DNA of 50,174 nucleotides, from positions 1-50,174 of IMG/VR virus record IMGVR_UViG_3300032269_000479. One strand, 5' to 3'. This DNA is from a virus. Its lineage: Duplodnaviria; Caudoviricetes. Both the position numbers and the translations under genes were made by a program. The notes under the pieces were generated by a model. That model had not been told where the DNA came from, did not search any database, and saw only the letters and a list, made by a program, of their open reading frames with translations. Positions 1-9,793 of the stretch are shown piece by piece (position 1 is the first letter of the stretch; each line of letters begins with the position of its first letter).

Positions 1-1466
1 ACGCCGGCGTTGACGGGCGCAACATCTACGGGTCGGCAGGATATACGCCGCAGGGGTTTGTAGATGACGGCGAGGGCGGTTTTAATTCTGGTTCTCCTGA
101 AGGTTTGGCTCAAGGGCAAATTGGAAATTGGCAAGCGGACGCAACACTGGTTAATTTTCTGAAACGGAGAGGCATTACTCCGCAATATGACGAAACAAGG
201 GGCTGGATTATCCCTGCCTCTCAAAATCCAAGCGCAGTGATGTCAGATTACGCTAGCTATGTCAACCCGCGAAACGCAATGAGTTTCGGGCAGGAGTTCA
301 TGGATGGCGTAATTTCGCCAGCAATGCAGTTTGCCGGAGTAGCAAGCGGACTAGGCAGTTTAGCAGCGATGGGGGCGGGAACTGCGGCCGGTAGCACCGG
401 TTTGAGTGGAATCTATAACACTGGCGCTGGCGGCTTTGGTGCGCCTATTTCTGCGTTTCAGGCGGCAACGCCAGTAATAAGCGGCGTCGAAGCTGCCGGC
501 GCTAGTGGACTTGGGGCATTTGCTGGCACCGGTGGGCTTACGCCATTGGCGGACGCTGCGGCTGCCGGAGGGCTGAATAGTTTCACGTCATCCGTTGGTT
601 ACGGTGCAAACCTTCCGAGCGCGATAGATCTGCCGGCGACGACAATGGAGTTTGGTGGTCAGCCCATGACAAATGCTTTTGACGCCAGTGGTGGCAGTCC
701 AATTAATCCAGACTATAAAAATCCTTTTGACTTTCGTATTAACGGCGGTGACCCCACGCAGATTCTTGACATTCCTACCGGCATGGAGCAGTGGTATAAT
801 CCACCGCCCACTCCGAATACCGGAGGGTTGCCTTATCCGTCAAGTGGAGTAGTGGACCCTGCAAACTCTGCTTACATGCTGGCGCCCACTGCGGCTACGT
901 CAGGACTTCCGGCAGCTCTTCAGGAACTGCTGAAAACAATTCCTTCTAAAGCAGCCGGTGCTATTCTCTCATATCTTACGCAGAACAAATTGGCAGAAAC
1001 ACAGAACCAAAACGCACAGACTATCATGAACAACAACAACCCAATGTCTGATCCTCGACGGGCTGTGCCTCAAGCTATGTTTAACCAAGGTGCTGCTGAT
1101 CCTGGTAGTTTCCTTAAAAGTCCTCTTGTTCAAGCAATGCTGGCTCAAGATAAGCAGGCCTTTGATGCTCGTTCAGCAAAACAAGGTAATGGTGGAACTG
1201 TGATCAGTGACTACATGACCAAAATGAACGCAGACATGGCAAGCATGTATAACGAATACATGACCCTCATGAGCGGAGCGGGTGGCTTTACACAAGGTTC
1301 TGGTGGGGCAGGGGGAGCAGCAGCAAGCACATTGAACAACGCTGCTGGAGCAGGGTTTAACTCTACCCAAGGCCTGAGCGTTCTGTTTGGTGATTCCAAT
1401 GTCCAGAAAGTGATGAAAGAAGCTGCAAACTCTGTCTTTGACAAAGTTAGTGGTTGGTTTGTTTAA
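1..1466 (+). CDS. Internal virion / DNA ejection (pilot-like) protein, 5'-truncated; N-terminus probably at 49999-50174
   Basis: The frame is open from nt 3 (AGVDGRNIYGSAGY...) with no start. Gly/Ala-rich. It is the first of three genes following the nozzle gene if the contig is circular. Confidence 0.65.
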   Translation, partial: AGVDGRNIYGSAGYTPQGFVDDGEGGFNSGSPEGLAQGQIGNWQADATLVNFLKRRGITPQYDETRGWIIPASQNPSAVMSDYASYVNPRNAMSFGQEFMDGVISPAMQFAGVASGLGSLAAMGAGTAAGSTGLSGIYNTGAGGFGAPISAFQAATPVISGVEAAGASGLGAFAGTGGLTPLADAAAAGGLNSFTSSVGYGANLPSAIDLPATTMEFGGQPMTNAFDASGGSPINPDYKNPFDFRINGGDPTQILDIPTGMEQWYNPPPTPNTGGLPYPSSGVVDPANSAYMLAPTAATSGLPAALQELLKTIPSKAAGAILSYLTQNKLAETQNQNAQTIMNNNNPMSDPRRAVPQAMFNQGAADPGSFLKSPLVQAMLAQDKQAFDARSAKQGNGGTVISDYMTKMNADMASMYNEYMTLMSGAGGFTQGSGGAGGAAASTLNNAAGAGFNSTQGLSVLFGDSNVQKVMKEAANSVFDKVSGWFV

Positions 1467-1481
1467 ACAAGGATAAGACAG

Positions 1482-2585
1482 ATGGCTAACGATTATATTA
1501 ACCCTTTTTCTGCTGTAGACCCAGCACAGTTTGGTGGGCGTGATCCCCAGACAGGAGCTATAAATCCCTGGACTTCTTACTTTGCTTCCCAGAATGCCAG
1601 CCAAGCCCAGCCTTTTATTGAGATGGCACAAAAAGGACATGAACTATCCCTCCAAAAACAGCAAGCTGAAACCAATGAGTTTACAGATCCCCTTGCTGTA
1701 GCTGCACGTCGGGCAAAGCTTGAATCAGAAACTGCCACAAATAACAACACAACAGCCCTTGCTCCAAAAAAACTGGAAGCAGATCGTGCTCGACTTGATG
1801 CCGAGATAAAATTGGCTGGTCCTGAAGCAGAACTAAGAGTTAAGAAAATCGGACAGGAAATGGATACTATTAAAGGCCAGCCTATTGCCAAGAGCCTTGC
1901 TTTTCTAGCCTCATTGGAAAGCCAGATTCGAAAGGCTCCGGAGGCGGCTCGTGGAATTATTTATGAGAATCAGATTGCGGCTTTTAAACAAGCTAATCCT
2001 GATGCTCAGATTCCTCGTGGGTTTGAGACTTGGAATGACAAAACAGCCCTCAATCTTATGATTACCCATCGCGCAATGATTGAAAACGTAGATTATACAC
2101 AGAAGAAAGAGCTGGAAGATCGTAAGATTACATCTAACGAAAAGATTCACGCTGGTAACAATGCTGCCTCAATTCGTGTTGCTGAGATTAACGGAGATGC
2201 TTCTGTTTACCGTGCAGACTCTGCTGTGGAAGGACGTCAAGGACAACAAGTATCCCGTTTTGCTGCTGCTTTTATAAAGGCTACAGAATCGTTGGATAAA
2301 GATTACGCACTGCTTATCCTTCAAGAACCTACAGCAGACGGAAAAATAAAACTGATGAACGACAAAGAGGCACGAAAAGCTAAAATTCGTCGTGACTTGA
2401 TGCAGGAATTTGGAGTAACTCCAGGAGAAGTTGGCGGAAGTGATGGGGCCACTCCAGCGCCCTCAACACGACCTCCAGTTCCAGCAGGAAAAGTCAGAGT
2501 AAAAGATATGGATGGTAGGATTGGACTTATTCCAAAATCTGATTTAGAAGAAGCTAAAAAACAAGGTTACACTGAGGTCAAATAA
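1482..2585 (+). CDS. Internal virion / ejection protein
   Basis: 367 aa, helical and Ala/Gln/Glu-rich, AAGGA SD, located between the pilot-like gene and the large virion gene. Confidence 0.6.
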   Translation: MANDYINPFSAVDPAQFGGRDPQTGAINPWTSYFASQNASQAQPFIEMAQKGHELSLQKQQAETNEFTDPLAVAARRAKLESETATNNNTTALAPKKLEADRARLDAEIKLAGPEAELRVKKIGQEMDTIKGQPIAKSLAFLASLESQIRKAPEAARGIIYENQIAAFKQANPDAQIPRGFETWNDKTALNLMITHRAMIENVDYTQKKELEDRKITSNEKIHAGNNAASIRVAEINGDASVYRADSAVEGRQGQQVSRFAAAFIKATESLDKDYALLILQEPTADGKIKLMNDKEARKAKIRRDLMQEFGVTPGEVGGSDGATPAPSTRPPVPAGKVRVKDMDGRIGLIPKSDLEEAKKQGYTEVK

Positions 2586-2592
2586 GTAAACA

Positions 2593-5500
2593 ATGGCAAA
2601 AACAATTGATTTTCAACCTGAGATTGCTTTTGAGGAAGAGACCGAAAGCAAGAAGCCTGTCCCCTATACAGGATCGTTTCGTGAAAACGCAATGGGAAAC
2701 CTTCAAGCAGTTTCCGATATGGTGCTTTCACTTCCTGGGTTTTTAGGGGCAGGTCTTGCCGCTGCTAAAGAAGCAGCTTTAGGAACAACTAAAGACCAGT
2801 CTTTTCCAGAAATTTGGCGGAACATTGGGGAATCTGCAGGCAAAGGTAATATTGCGGATTACCTTGCTCCGGCTGCGGCTTTGGAACGCACCCGTGGTTC
2901 TCCTGGGTATGAAGGAGCAAATAAACTCCTTATGTCTCCTTTTCAAGGCTTGGGAAACATTGCTGCTGGTGGTGCTGCTGTTGCAACAGGGGATAACCAG
3001 TTTGCAGGAGAACTTGGTGAGCGTGTTGACGTTGGTGCTCAAGCAGCAGCGTTGCTTACACCGGCTAAACGAGTTCGTCCAGGTTCCCGTGAGTTTTGGC
3101 AAGAGCGCAACAAGCAAATACAATCTCAGGGAATGTCTCCAGAGAACCTTGAAGCTGCTCGGGATTCCTATCGGGAAAAACCCAAACTTGACCAGCACGT
3201 AATTGACTTTATTGAAGAGCGGTCTAGGACTGATATGGACGCCCAGCGTCGTGATGTTGGTCAGATGCCCACTGATGAACCTACCCCTTACAATCTCTCT
3301 CCAGAACGTAAAGCAGCTTTAGAGGAGGAACTCAATCCGCCTGTAGAGCAAACCGTAGCGAATCAGGGAGAACTTAATTTTGGACAAACTGTTCGTCAGG
3401 ATGCCCTTACTGCGGATGAGACACAAGCACGTCGGTTTGTCACTGAAGGTGACGTAGGCTCTCGTGATCGTGCTATCTCTTCTGACTCACCTTTTGAAAC
3501 CGGTAATGAATCGCCTCTTCCGGCTAGTCAGATTTACACAGCGGACCAAGTTGCTGGTGACCGTTCTCACGCAATGCCTGATGCTGGTATTGACTTTGAG
3601 AATGTTAAACGGAATCCGTCAGGTGGGTTTATTGGTAAACCCGTAGGCCAGACAGCCGCAGGTCCTAAACCTTTCCGTGGACCTAAAGGTCAACGGGGGG
3701 TTATCGACACGGATCTTCTGACCTTTGGAACAGCCAAGCTTTGGGAAGAAGCCCGTAAAAAATACGACACCGTGCAAGAAGCTTTCAACAAGACTATGGG
3801 TAAGTTTCGTGGCACTTTTGATGACATGGCTATTGGCAATGCTATCAGGAAAGCCACTGATCCAAAGAGCCGTGAAACTATTGTTTTCATGTCTCCAGAT
3901 GACTTCCATCGGCTTGCTGCGGACAGGGGTTGGCTCCGTGGAGAAAAGGATAACACCGGACTTGCTTTGAATAAGATGTCTGAAGCAAAGCGTCGGGGTA
4001 TTCGCGGGGCTCTCACAACAGAACAGGGCCTTGCTGAAATTCCTTACCTTAAGATTCACGGGGATCAGGTTGTCGGCCATGAAGGTCGTCACCGCATGGA
4101 TATCTTTAAAGAACAAGGAATGGACCTTATTCCTGTTCGTATCCAGAGCTTTGATCAGCGTTGGGGTGAATGGAACAACCGCCCAGATCGCCTAGTCGGA
4201 CAAGATAAAAAGACCACTGTTCCTTTCCCTGAAAGTGCTATGTTCCCAGGTTCTCCTAAGCCTGAAGGATACCAATTTGCTGGTCCGAAAAGTCAGCGGG
4301 GTGTTTTTAATGTTCCTGAAGTCATCAAAGGCTTGGCAGAATCCATCCAAAAACTTAAGGACTACAAAGGCGTTCGAAACGAGTATGGGCACCTTAAAAA
4401 TAAAATTCATTTTAACACAAAAGACAACGAGGTTGGCCGAAAGATTGGTGGCTTTAAGCATCAGATGCTACGGCTTAAGGAGTATGAACGCCATCTAAAC
4501 ACACTCAAAGCAAAACTTGCCGATGAGCCTGGTATCTTAAAAGGAAAAGACGGAAAACCTGTTATTGTCTACAGAGGACAACACGAATACCACGGAGACG
4601 AGGCATTAGCCTCTGCCCGTAAATACACGGACTATTCTGGTGATAACGGTTATGCTGTGTTCACAACAGATAATCCATATACTGCATCCACTTTTGGGGA
4701 GAGCCATGTCACACCCTTAATCCTTTATCCGTCAAAACTTATTGAATTTCCCTCCAAGAAAGGGAGATTTGATATGTTTAAATTTGACGAGGTTGCAAAG
4801 AACCTTGGACATGGAGAGGTAGTCGTTGTGCGGGATGTGTATGATCGCGGTCCCGCAAATGACACGTCTGCGGGGCACATCTCTAGCTTTAAAGGGGATC
4901 AGTATGCCTTTAAAGATGGTAACAGTGTTGCTGCTGTTGTTTCTGACGTTTTAGCACAAAAAATTCCCTACGTTCCTAAAGGCCAACGTGGACATATTGG
5001 CGAATGGAAACGGGATGTTAAAACAAAAGGAACAGCAAAAACACTCATTGAACAACGTAAAGAACTTGACGTAGAACGCCGTCCTCTTAAGCAAATCCTT
5101 AAAGAGGATATTGATCCAAATACAATTCAAGATACGGACTTTGGTAAAAATCTTCTGATTGACCAGACTGTTTCTATCTTAGCACAATCTAAGACTGGGG
5201 TTGGTAAGATCATCAAATGGGCTTTTGATAACCGCTCTAAGATTACCCGAGAGAAAGATATCGCTATTCGGGATACAATTGAAGATCTTCTTGGTCCTTG
5301 GCGTCAAAAGGGATGGGATCGGCTTAACCTAGAACACCGCAAATCGCTGCGCTCGGATATCCGTGGAATGTTGGATGTCTGGATGGAGAACATCGGAAAG
5401 GGCGAACTTCAACGTGGACATTTCAAGACCGACAAACAATATGAAATGTTTAAACACACGTCAGAAGGCCTTAGCCGTAAGATTGACGAGTGGAACAAGG

Positions 5501-7863
5501 TAAGGGAAGAAAACGGGCAGAAGCCTATTCCGAAGCTATCTAACTATCTACCAGCTATTTGGGAAGGTGATTATCGTGTTTGGGTTAAAGACCAAGCTGG
5601 TAATAACGTAGGTGCCTTTGCTTTTAAGAATGAATACCAAGCTCGCTTTGCTCGTGGAGAAATACAAAAAGCACATCCGGACATGGTTGTAGAAGATCCG
5701 GTTCACATCGGAAAGAAAGAGACTTTCAACGACTTTTCTGCTTTTGAAGAGGCCATGCGAGTCAATGCTGGAGATCACCAAGCAACAAAACAACTTCAGC
5801 GGACCTATAGCCGACTGCTTCAACAGAAAGGCTTTGGCCGTCACGGACTGGCTCGTCAGAATCTCTTTGGGTATCTTGGTTTTGAAAAGGGCAACTTGGG
5901 TATTGTAAATATGGAACATGCCCTTGAGATGTATGTTAAACGTGGTGAGAATCACGTCGCAAACATCAGAATATCCCGTCTCCAGAAAGAAATGACGGAC
6001 ACCCTTCCACGAGAGCTTCAAGAAAAGATTCCGAAGGCAATGGATTACCTCAACGACTACTTGGCAAACGCTCGTGGTGTTGATTTGAGCAAGAATGGAC
6101 TTCCTGCTATTGACAATGCTTTTGCTGCTCTTGGAGAGAAGTCAGGGTTTGGTCGGTCAGCTGCTGAAAGAACAATCTCTAACGTCTCAGGTATTGCCAG
6201 TGTGTTTAAGCTGATGACTCCTAAATTCATGGCTTCGTCTTTGCTTCAGCCGCTTGCTGTTCTTCCAAAACTCCGGCAAATGAACATCCGTGCTCCAGAC
6301 ACAAATAACTTTATTTCAAGTTATTACCACGCCCTTCAAGATACCATTTGGCCGGATGCTGCGGCAAAGGATGCTATTAACTGGGCTTCTAAACAAGAAC
6401 ATCTGGACTCTACTGTTGTTGCTTTGATGAACCAGAAGTTTGCGGATATTGGGAGTAAGGTTGGTGGTTCGGCAATGGACACCTCCAAGTTGGTTCTCTC
6501 AACACTTGAGAAACACGCTGTTCGTATTCCGGCTTTCCTTGCTTTTGAGCGGGCCTTACGGCCTGTGTTCCCTGATAAAATCCAACGCTACGAGGCAGCC
6601 GCGCAGCAGTTGTATTATGTTGTAAATTATAGCCGCGAGTCTTCTCCTCTTGCCTATGAAAAAGCAGGGCTTACAGGTGAGGCAATGCGTCCGATGAAGC
6701 AATACTCCCACAACTATTTTGGACAGTTCTTGGAGTATGCCCAAGGAGCAAAGAATAAAGGTGAATTTACACCGTTGGCTATGTTCATGTCAAACCAAGC
6801 TCTTGTTTCAGGGCTGCGTGGACTTATTGGTATTGCTGAAGCCACTGCGATTATTACCGTAGTAAACTCGTGGCTCGGAACAGACTACCCAACACCTGAA
6901 CAATGGTTGTTAAAGTCAGGAATGTCGGACGTATCTGTGTTTGGTCTTCCTTCAACCATGCTTGGATATGATCTGTCTGGTTCTGTGAACAGCCCGAGCA
7001 TTCCACAGATGTTTGGTTTCTTTCCTGTTGAGGTGGCTGCAACCGCCACTAAGAACGTGTCGGATTACCTCTACAAAGTTGCTACGGGTAAAGACACAGA
7101 GAAAGACCAGATGGAAGCTTTGATGTCGGTAGCCCCTTCAGCTATGTATGGATGGATTTCTGAATACTATTCAAAACCTGGGCAACCTGTTCCGCATCCA
7201 GGAATGAACATGAAAGGAACCCACGTTCGGACAGAAGAAGAGAAAACCGCCGCATCTCTGTTCTCACTGAAAAGCACAAGTGAGGCAAGACATGACGCGG
7301 AAGCACGTATCTTTAAACAAATCTGGGCTCAAGATGCTGCTCGTAAACTGTCAGCTATTGATCTAATGGCGGATCATGTGATAAACAAGAAACCACTTAC
7401 TCCCGAAATGTTTCAAGTCTATATTAGGGAAGGTGGGGATATCAGCACCCTACAAGATACACTTATTAATAGAGTTAAACAGCGGATGTTGCCGTTTAAT
7501 GAATCCCAGCTGGCTTCTCCTGAGATGTCAGCAGGTAAGATTCATAAGCTACAATCTATGACAGAGGCTCTTAATCGTGAAGCACAGGAAAGGCGTGATA
7601 GGCAAGAGGAACAATCCTTTGAAATACAGAAACAAAGTGAGGGAGATACTGGGGATCGTAGGACCACTGTGTATGAACTTCCTACAAAATCAATCTACCC
7701 CAACATAAACGGAGACAAGATTCGAGAAGACCTTTACAAGTTTAGTGGTAGGGGAACAAACCTAGAAGCCACTTATAAAGATAAGTTTGGTAATCCTGTT
7801 GGTCCAAGACCACCGAAGAATCTGATGTATGAAAACATAGCAAGGGATCGAGGCAGAACTTAA
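2593..7863 (+). CDS. Large internal virion (ejection) polyvalent protein with ParB/Srx-like and ADP-ribosyltransferase-like domains
   Basis: 1756 aa, last structural gene. Contains IPYL...VVGHEGRHR...IPV (ParB-like) and GKPVIVYRG...VFTT...DQY (ART-like). Confidence 0.7.
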   Translation: MAKTIDFQPEIAFEEETESKKPVPYTGSFRENAMGNLQAVSDMVLSLPGFLGAGLAAAKEAALGTTKDQSFPEIWRNIGESAGKGNIADYLAPAAALERTRGSPGYEGANKLLMSPFQGLGNIAAGGAAVATGDNQFAGELGERVDVGAQAAALLTPAKRVRPGSREFWQERNKQIQSQGMSPENLEAARDSYREKPKLDQHVIDFIEERSRTDMDAQRRDVGQMPTDEPTPYNLSPERKAALEEELNPPVEQTVANQGELNFGQTVRQDALTADETQARRFVTEGDVGSRDRAISSDSPFETGNESPLPASQIYTADQVAGDRSHAMPDAGIDFENVKRNPSGGFIGKPVGQTAAGPKPFRGPKGQRGVIDTDLLTFGTAKLWEEARKKYDTVQEAFNKTMGKFRGTFDDMAIGNAIRKATDPKSRETIVFMSPDDFHRLAADRGWLRGEKDNTGLALNKMSEAKRRGIRGALTTEQGLAEIPYLKIHGDQVVGHEGRHRMDIFKEQGMDLIPVRIQSFDQRWGEWNNRPDRLVGQDKKTTVPFPESAMFPGSPKPEGYQFAGPKSQRGVFNVPEVIKGLAESIQKLKDYKGVRNEYGHLKNKIHFNTKDNEVGRKIGGFKHQMLRLKEYERHLNTLKAKLADEPGILKGKDGKPVIVYRGQHEYHGDEALASARKYTDYSGDNGYAVFTTDNPYTASTFGESHVTPLILYPSKLIEFPSKKGRFDMFKFDEVAKNLGHGEVVVVRDVYDRGPANDTSAGHISSFKGDQYAFKDGNSVAAVVSDVLAQKIPYVPKGQRGHIGEWKRDVKTKGTAKTLIEQRKELDVERRPLKQILKEDIDPNTIQDTDFGKNLLIDQTVSILAQSKTGVGKIIKWAFDNRSKITREKDIAIRDTIEDLLGPWRQKGWDRLNLEHRKSLRSDIRGMLDVWMENIGKGELQRGHFKTDKQYEMFKHTSEGLSRKIDEWNKVREENGQKPIPKLSNYLPAIWEGDYRVWVKDQAGNNVGAFAFKNEYQARFARGEIQKAHPDMVVEDPVHIGKKETFNDFSAFEEAMRVNAGDHQATKQLQRTYSRLLQQKGFGRHGLARQNLFGYLGFEKGNLGIVNMEHALEMYVKRGENHVANIRISRLQKEMTDTLPRELQEKIPKAMDYLNDYLANARGVDLSKNGLPAIDNAFAALGEKSGFGRSAAERTISNVSGIASVFKLMTPKFMASSLLQPLAVLPKLRQMNIRAPDTNNFISSYYHALQDTIWPDAAAKDAINWASKQEHLDSTVVALMNQKFADIGSKVGGSAMDTSKLVLSTLEKHAVRIPAFLAFERALRPVFPDKIQRYEAAAQQLYYVVNYSRESSPLAYEKAGLTGEAMRPMKQYSHNYFGQFLEYAQGAKNKGEFTPLAMFMSNQALVSGLRGLIGIAEATAIITVVNSWLGTDYPTPEQWLLKSGMSDVSVFGLPSTMLGYDLSGSVNSPSIPQMFGFFPVEVAATATKNVSDYLYKVATGKDTEKDQMEALMSVAPSAMYGWISEYYSKPGQPVPHPGMNMKGTHVRTEEEKTAASLFSLKSTSEARHDAEARIFKQIWAQDAARKLSAIDLMADHVINKKPLTPEMFQVYIREGGDISTLQDTLINRVKQRMLPFNESQLASPEMSAGKIHKLQSMTEALNREAQERRDRQEEQSFEIQKQSEGDTGDRRTTVYELPTKSIYPNINGDKIREDLYKFSGRGTNLEATYKDKFGNPVGPRPPKNLMYENIARDRGRT

Positions 7864-7864
7864 A

Positions 7865-8326
7865 ATGAATAACTTTCAACTCGCAATGGATTTTATTGCT
7901 AAATGGGAATGGAGTAAACGGTCAGATGGGGGATATACTAACGATCCTGTTGATCCTGGTGGTGAGACTAAGTTTGGAGTTGCCAAAAAGTTTCACCCTG
8001 AAGTAGATGTTAAAAACCTTACTCTTCAACAAGCTTTAGAAATCTATAAAAAGGACTACTGGGATAAGTATAGATGCGATGATTTTGAAATGCCTTTTGC
8101 TATATGCGTTTTAGATGGTTATGTTCAACACAAACCAGTTGTTCAAGCTAAACTGATAGAGGACTCAGATCGTGATGTAGCCACTTACATCCAACTGCGT
8201 CGTGCTTTCTATCAACGGCTGATTGACAAGAACCCAGCCCTAGCCAAGTATAAGAACGGTTGGAACAATCGCATGACAGACCTTCGGAAGTATTGTGACA
8301 TTGTTCTTGTAGAACTCGGCAACTAA
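7865..8326 (+). CDS. Endolysin, glycoside hydrolase family 108
   Basis: WE...GGYTNDPVDPGGETKFGV catalytic motif and a C-terminal KNGWNNR motif typical of the peptidoglycan-binding end. Confidence 0.9.
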   Translation: MNNFQLAMDFIAKWEWSKRSDGGYTNDPVDPGGETKFGVAKKFHPEVDVKNLTLQQALEIYKKDYWDKYRCDDFEMPFAICVLDGYVQHKPVVQAKLIEDSDRDVATYIQLRRAFYQRLIDKNPALAKYKNGWNNRMTDLRKYCDIVLVELGN

Positions 8327-8343
8327 TCAAAAGCAACAGACGT

Positions 8344-8385
8344 AAAAAAGCCCGCCCCGAATTAACGGGAGCGGGCTTTCTTTTT
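8344..8385. terminator. Bidirectional rho-independent terminator
   Basis: AAAAAAGCCCGCCCCG-aattaa-CGGGAGCGGGCTTTCTTTTT, lying between the convergent arms. Confidence 0.9.
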
Positions 8386-8401
8386 GCCTATTGTTTAGGT
8401 A

Positions 8402-8584
8402 TTACTGGAGGGCAGTTGCCACAGCAAGAGTTGGAGCAGGAACTCGTCCGGCAATCAAGCCGCGGAGTTTTGCAACAAGCTCATCAATAGTCGGTGCAGT
8501 TTCTAGAACCTTACAACCATCCTCTTCCAAGAGGCGAATGATGAACGTGTTATCAGTGGCGAGGACAATATTGATTTCTTTCAT
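8402..8584 (-). CDS. Hypothetical protein
   Basis: 60-aa ORF with ATG and GGAG upstream; last gene of the minus arm. Confidence 0.6.
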   Translation of the reverse strand: MKEINIVLATDNTFIIRLLEEDGCKVLETAPTIDELVAKLRGLIAGRVPAPTLAVATALQ

Positions 8585-8586
8585 GT

Positions 8587-8832
8587 TTATTTTAATCTCC
8601 GTATTTTAGTTATATTGTTGATGATAATGCCGTGGGCACCAGTGACAATCCCTTCGGGGTCATAGGTCTGGTATCCAAGCAAGTAACCATCTTTGATGCT
8701 GTGGTAAAACAAAATAGAAACATTGATGAGGGTGGCTTCTGTTGCTTCAAGGCTACGCCAACCGGCTGAGCCCCAATGGTCTTTCCAGTGAATCTCAACA
8801 ACATCCCCACGTTTAAACTTTGGGATTCTAAT
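8587..8832 (-). CDS. Hypothetical small beta-barrel-like protein
   Basis: FKRGDVVEIHWKD motif. Start placed at an ATT 7 nt after AGGAG; the ORF-track start at 8922 overlaps the SPFH gene. Confidence 0.55.
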   Translation of the reverse strand: MRIPKFKRGDVVEIHWKDHWGSAGWRSLEATEATLINVSILFYHSIKDGYLLGYQTYDPEGIVTGAHGIIINNITKIRRLK

Positions 8833-9358
8833 TATCAATCTCCTTGGGTTGATGCTGGAGAAGCCTGAAAGACCTAACTTTTCCAAGATCTGTAAAAGTA
8901 ATTCGGTGAACTTTGAAACCAAATTTATTCACCTCATTTCGAACCAACTCAATCACCTCTCTCTCTGGAGACTCTTCAAGGAGCCCCCTGTAAGTCATCT
9001 TGCTTGTTGCCTGTCGAATAGCTCCCATTGTAACATCTGCCAAGACATCATGCTGATCCCAAATCTCGGAGATATAAGGAACAGCGTTAACGACTTGATA
9101 CTTTACAGTTGCAGAAATAACAACAGAGAGGTCGTCGAGAGTAGTCAGTGTCTGGGGTGGCAGTCGAATAGTTGTAATCACACTATCAACCCCAATGACT
9201 TCCTCAATTAAAGGCCACTTCCAGTGAAACCCTGGCTGAAGCACACGATGACATTTGCCATAACGTAGAACAACACCTGTCTGCCAGATTTTAACCACCT
9301 CAAAAGGAAGTATCTTAGTTCCAAACTGGACAATAATGTCTAATAGTTTTTCAAACAA
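8828..9358 (-). CDS. SPFH / band 7 domain protein
   Basis: GVVLRYGK...LQPGFHWKWPLI...PQTLTTLDD...V..ITFTD, typical of SPFH. Confidence 0.88.
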   Translation of the reverse strand: MFEKLLDIIVQFGTKILPFEVVKIWQTGVVLRYGKCHRVLQPGFHWKWPLIEEVIGVDSVITTIRLPPQTLTTLDDLSVVISATVKYQVVNAVPYISEIWDQHDVLADVTMGAIRQATSKMTYRGLLEESPEREVIELVRNEVNKFGFKVHRITFTDLGKVRSFRLLQHQPKEIDN

Positions 9359-9361
9359 AGG

Positions 9362-9607
9362 TCAATCCTTTTCTTCTTTTTTCCCTTGATCTTTCAAAAT
9401 CTCGTCCGCGCCAAAAGTGCAAGCAAGAAATGAAGGAATAAGGGCGCTAATGTGAAGGTGAACAAAAACAAGGGCAGAACAAGAGTTATCAACAACCCTC
9501 CGTGGAGTTGTGGTGCATCCGGTGCTTACAGCCGCAACAGCAAGAAGCAACCAACACAGAAACAAGCGACGTAAAATACTAACATTAATCTCCTTCCTGT
9601 AATCCAA
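9362..9607 (-). CDS. Putative lipoprotein (possible spanin)
   Basis: Basic N-terminus, hydrophobic stretch, STGC lipobox-like motif, and a second hydrophobic segment. Confidence 0.45.
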   Translation of the reverse strand: MDYRKEINVSILRRLFLCWLLLAVAAVSTGCTTTPRRVVDNSCSALVFVHLHISALIPSFLACTFGADEILKDQGKKEEKD

Positions 9608-9785
9608 TCACGTCAGTATTGTCTTCATCTGAAAACTCAGCACAGAGGGAATCAAAACGATCCTCAATGCGAGACTCAAAAGCTTCTACGATGTCATTGG
9701 ATTTGATGTTTAAAATCTCTAAAAGTGTTATCTCATCGACCCTTTGCGCGAGACATTCTTTTAATTCTTCAAGGGTCATACTCAT
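9585..9785 (-). CDS. Small acidic hypothetical phage protein
   Basis: MSMTLEELKE...DEITLLEILNI; tightly packed in the operon. Confidence 0.7.
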   Translation of the reverse strand: MSMTLEELKECLAQRVDEITLLEILNIKSNDIVEAFESRIEDRFDSLCAEFSDEDNTDVIGLQEGD

Positions 9786-9793
9786 TTGTTACA

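Noticed and set aside
3679-5001. QRG motifs as type IV prepilin peptidase sites
   Set aside because: They resemble the K.Q.G|F leader but lack the following hydrophobic helix and Glu+5; kept only as a generic cleavage hypothesis.
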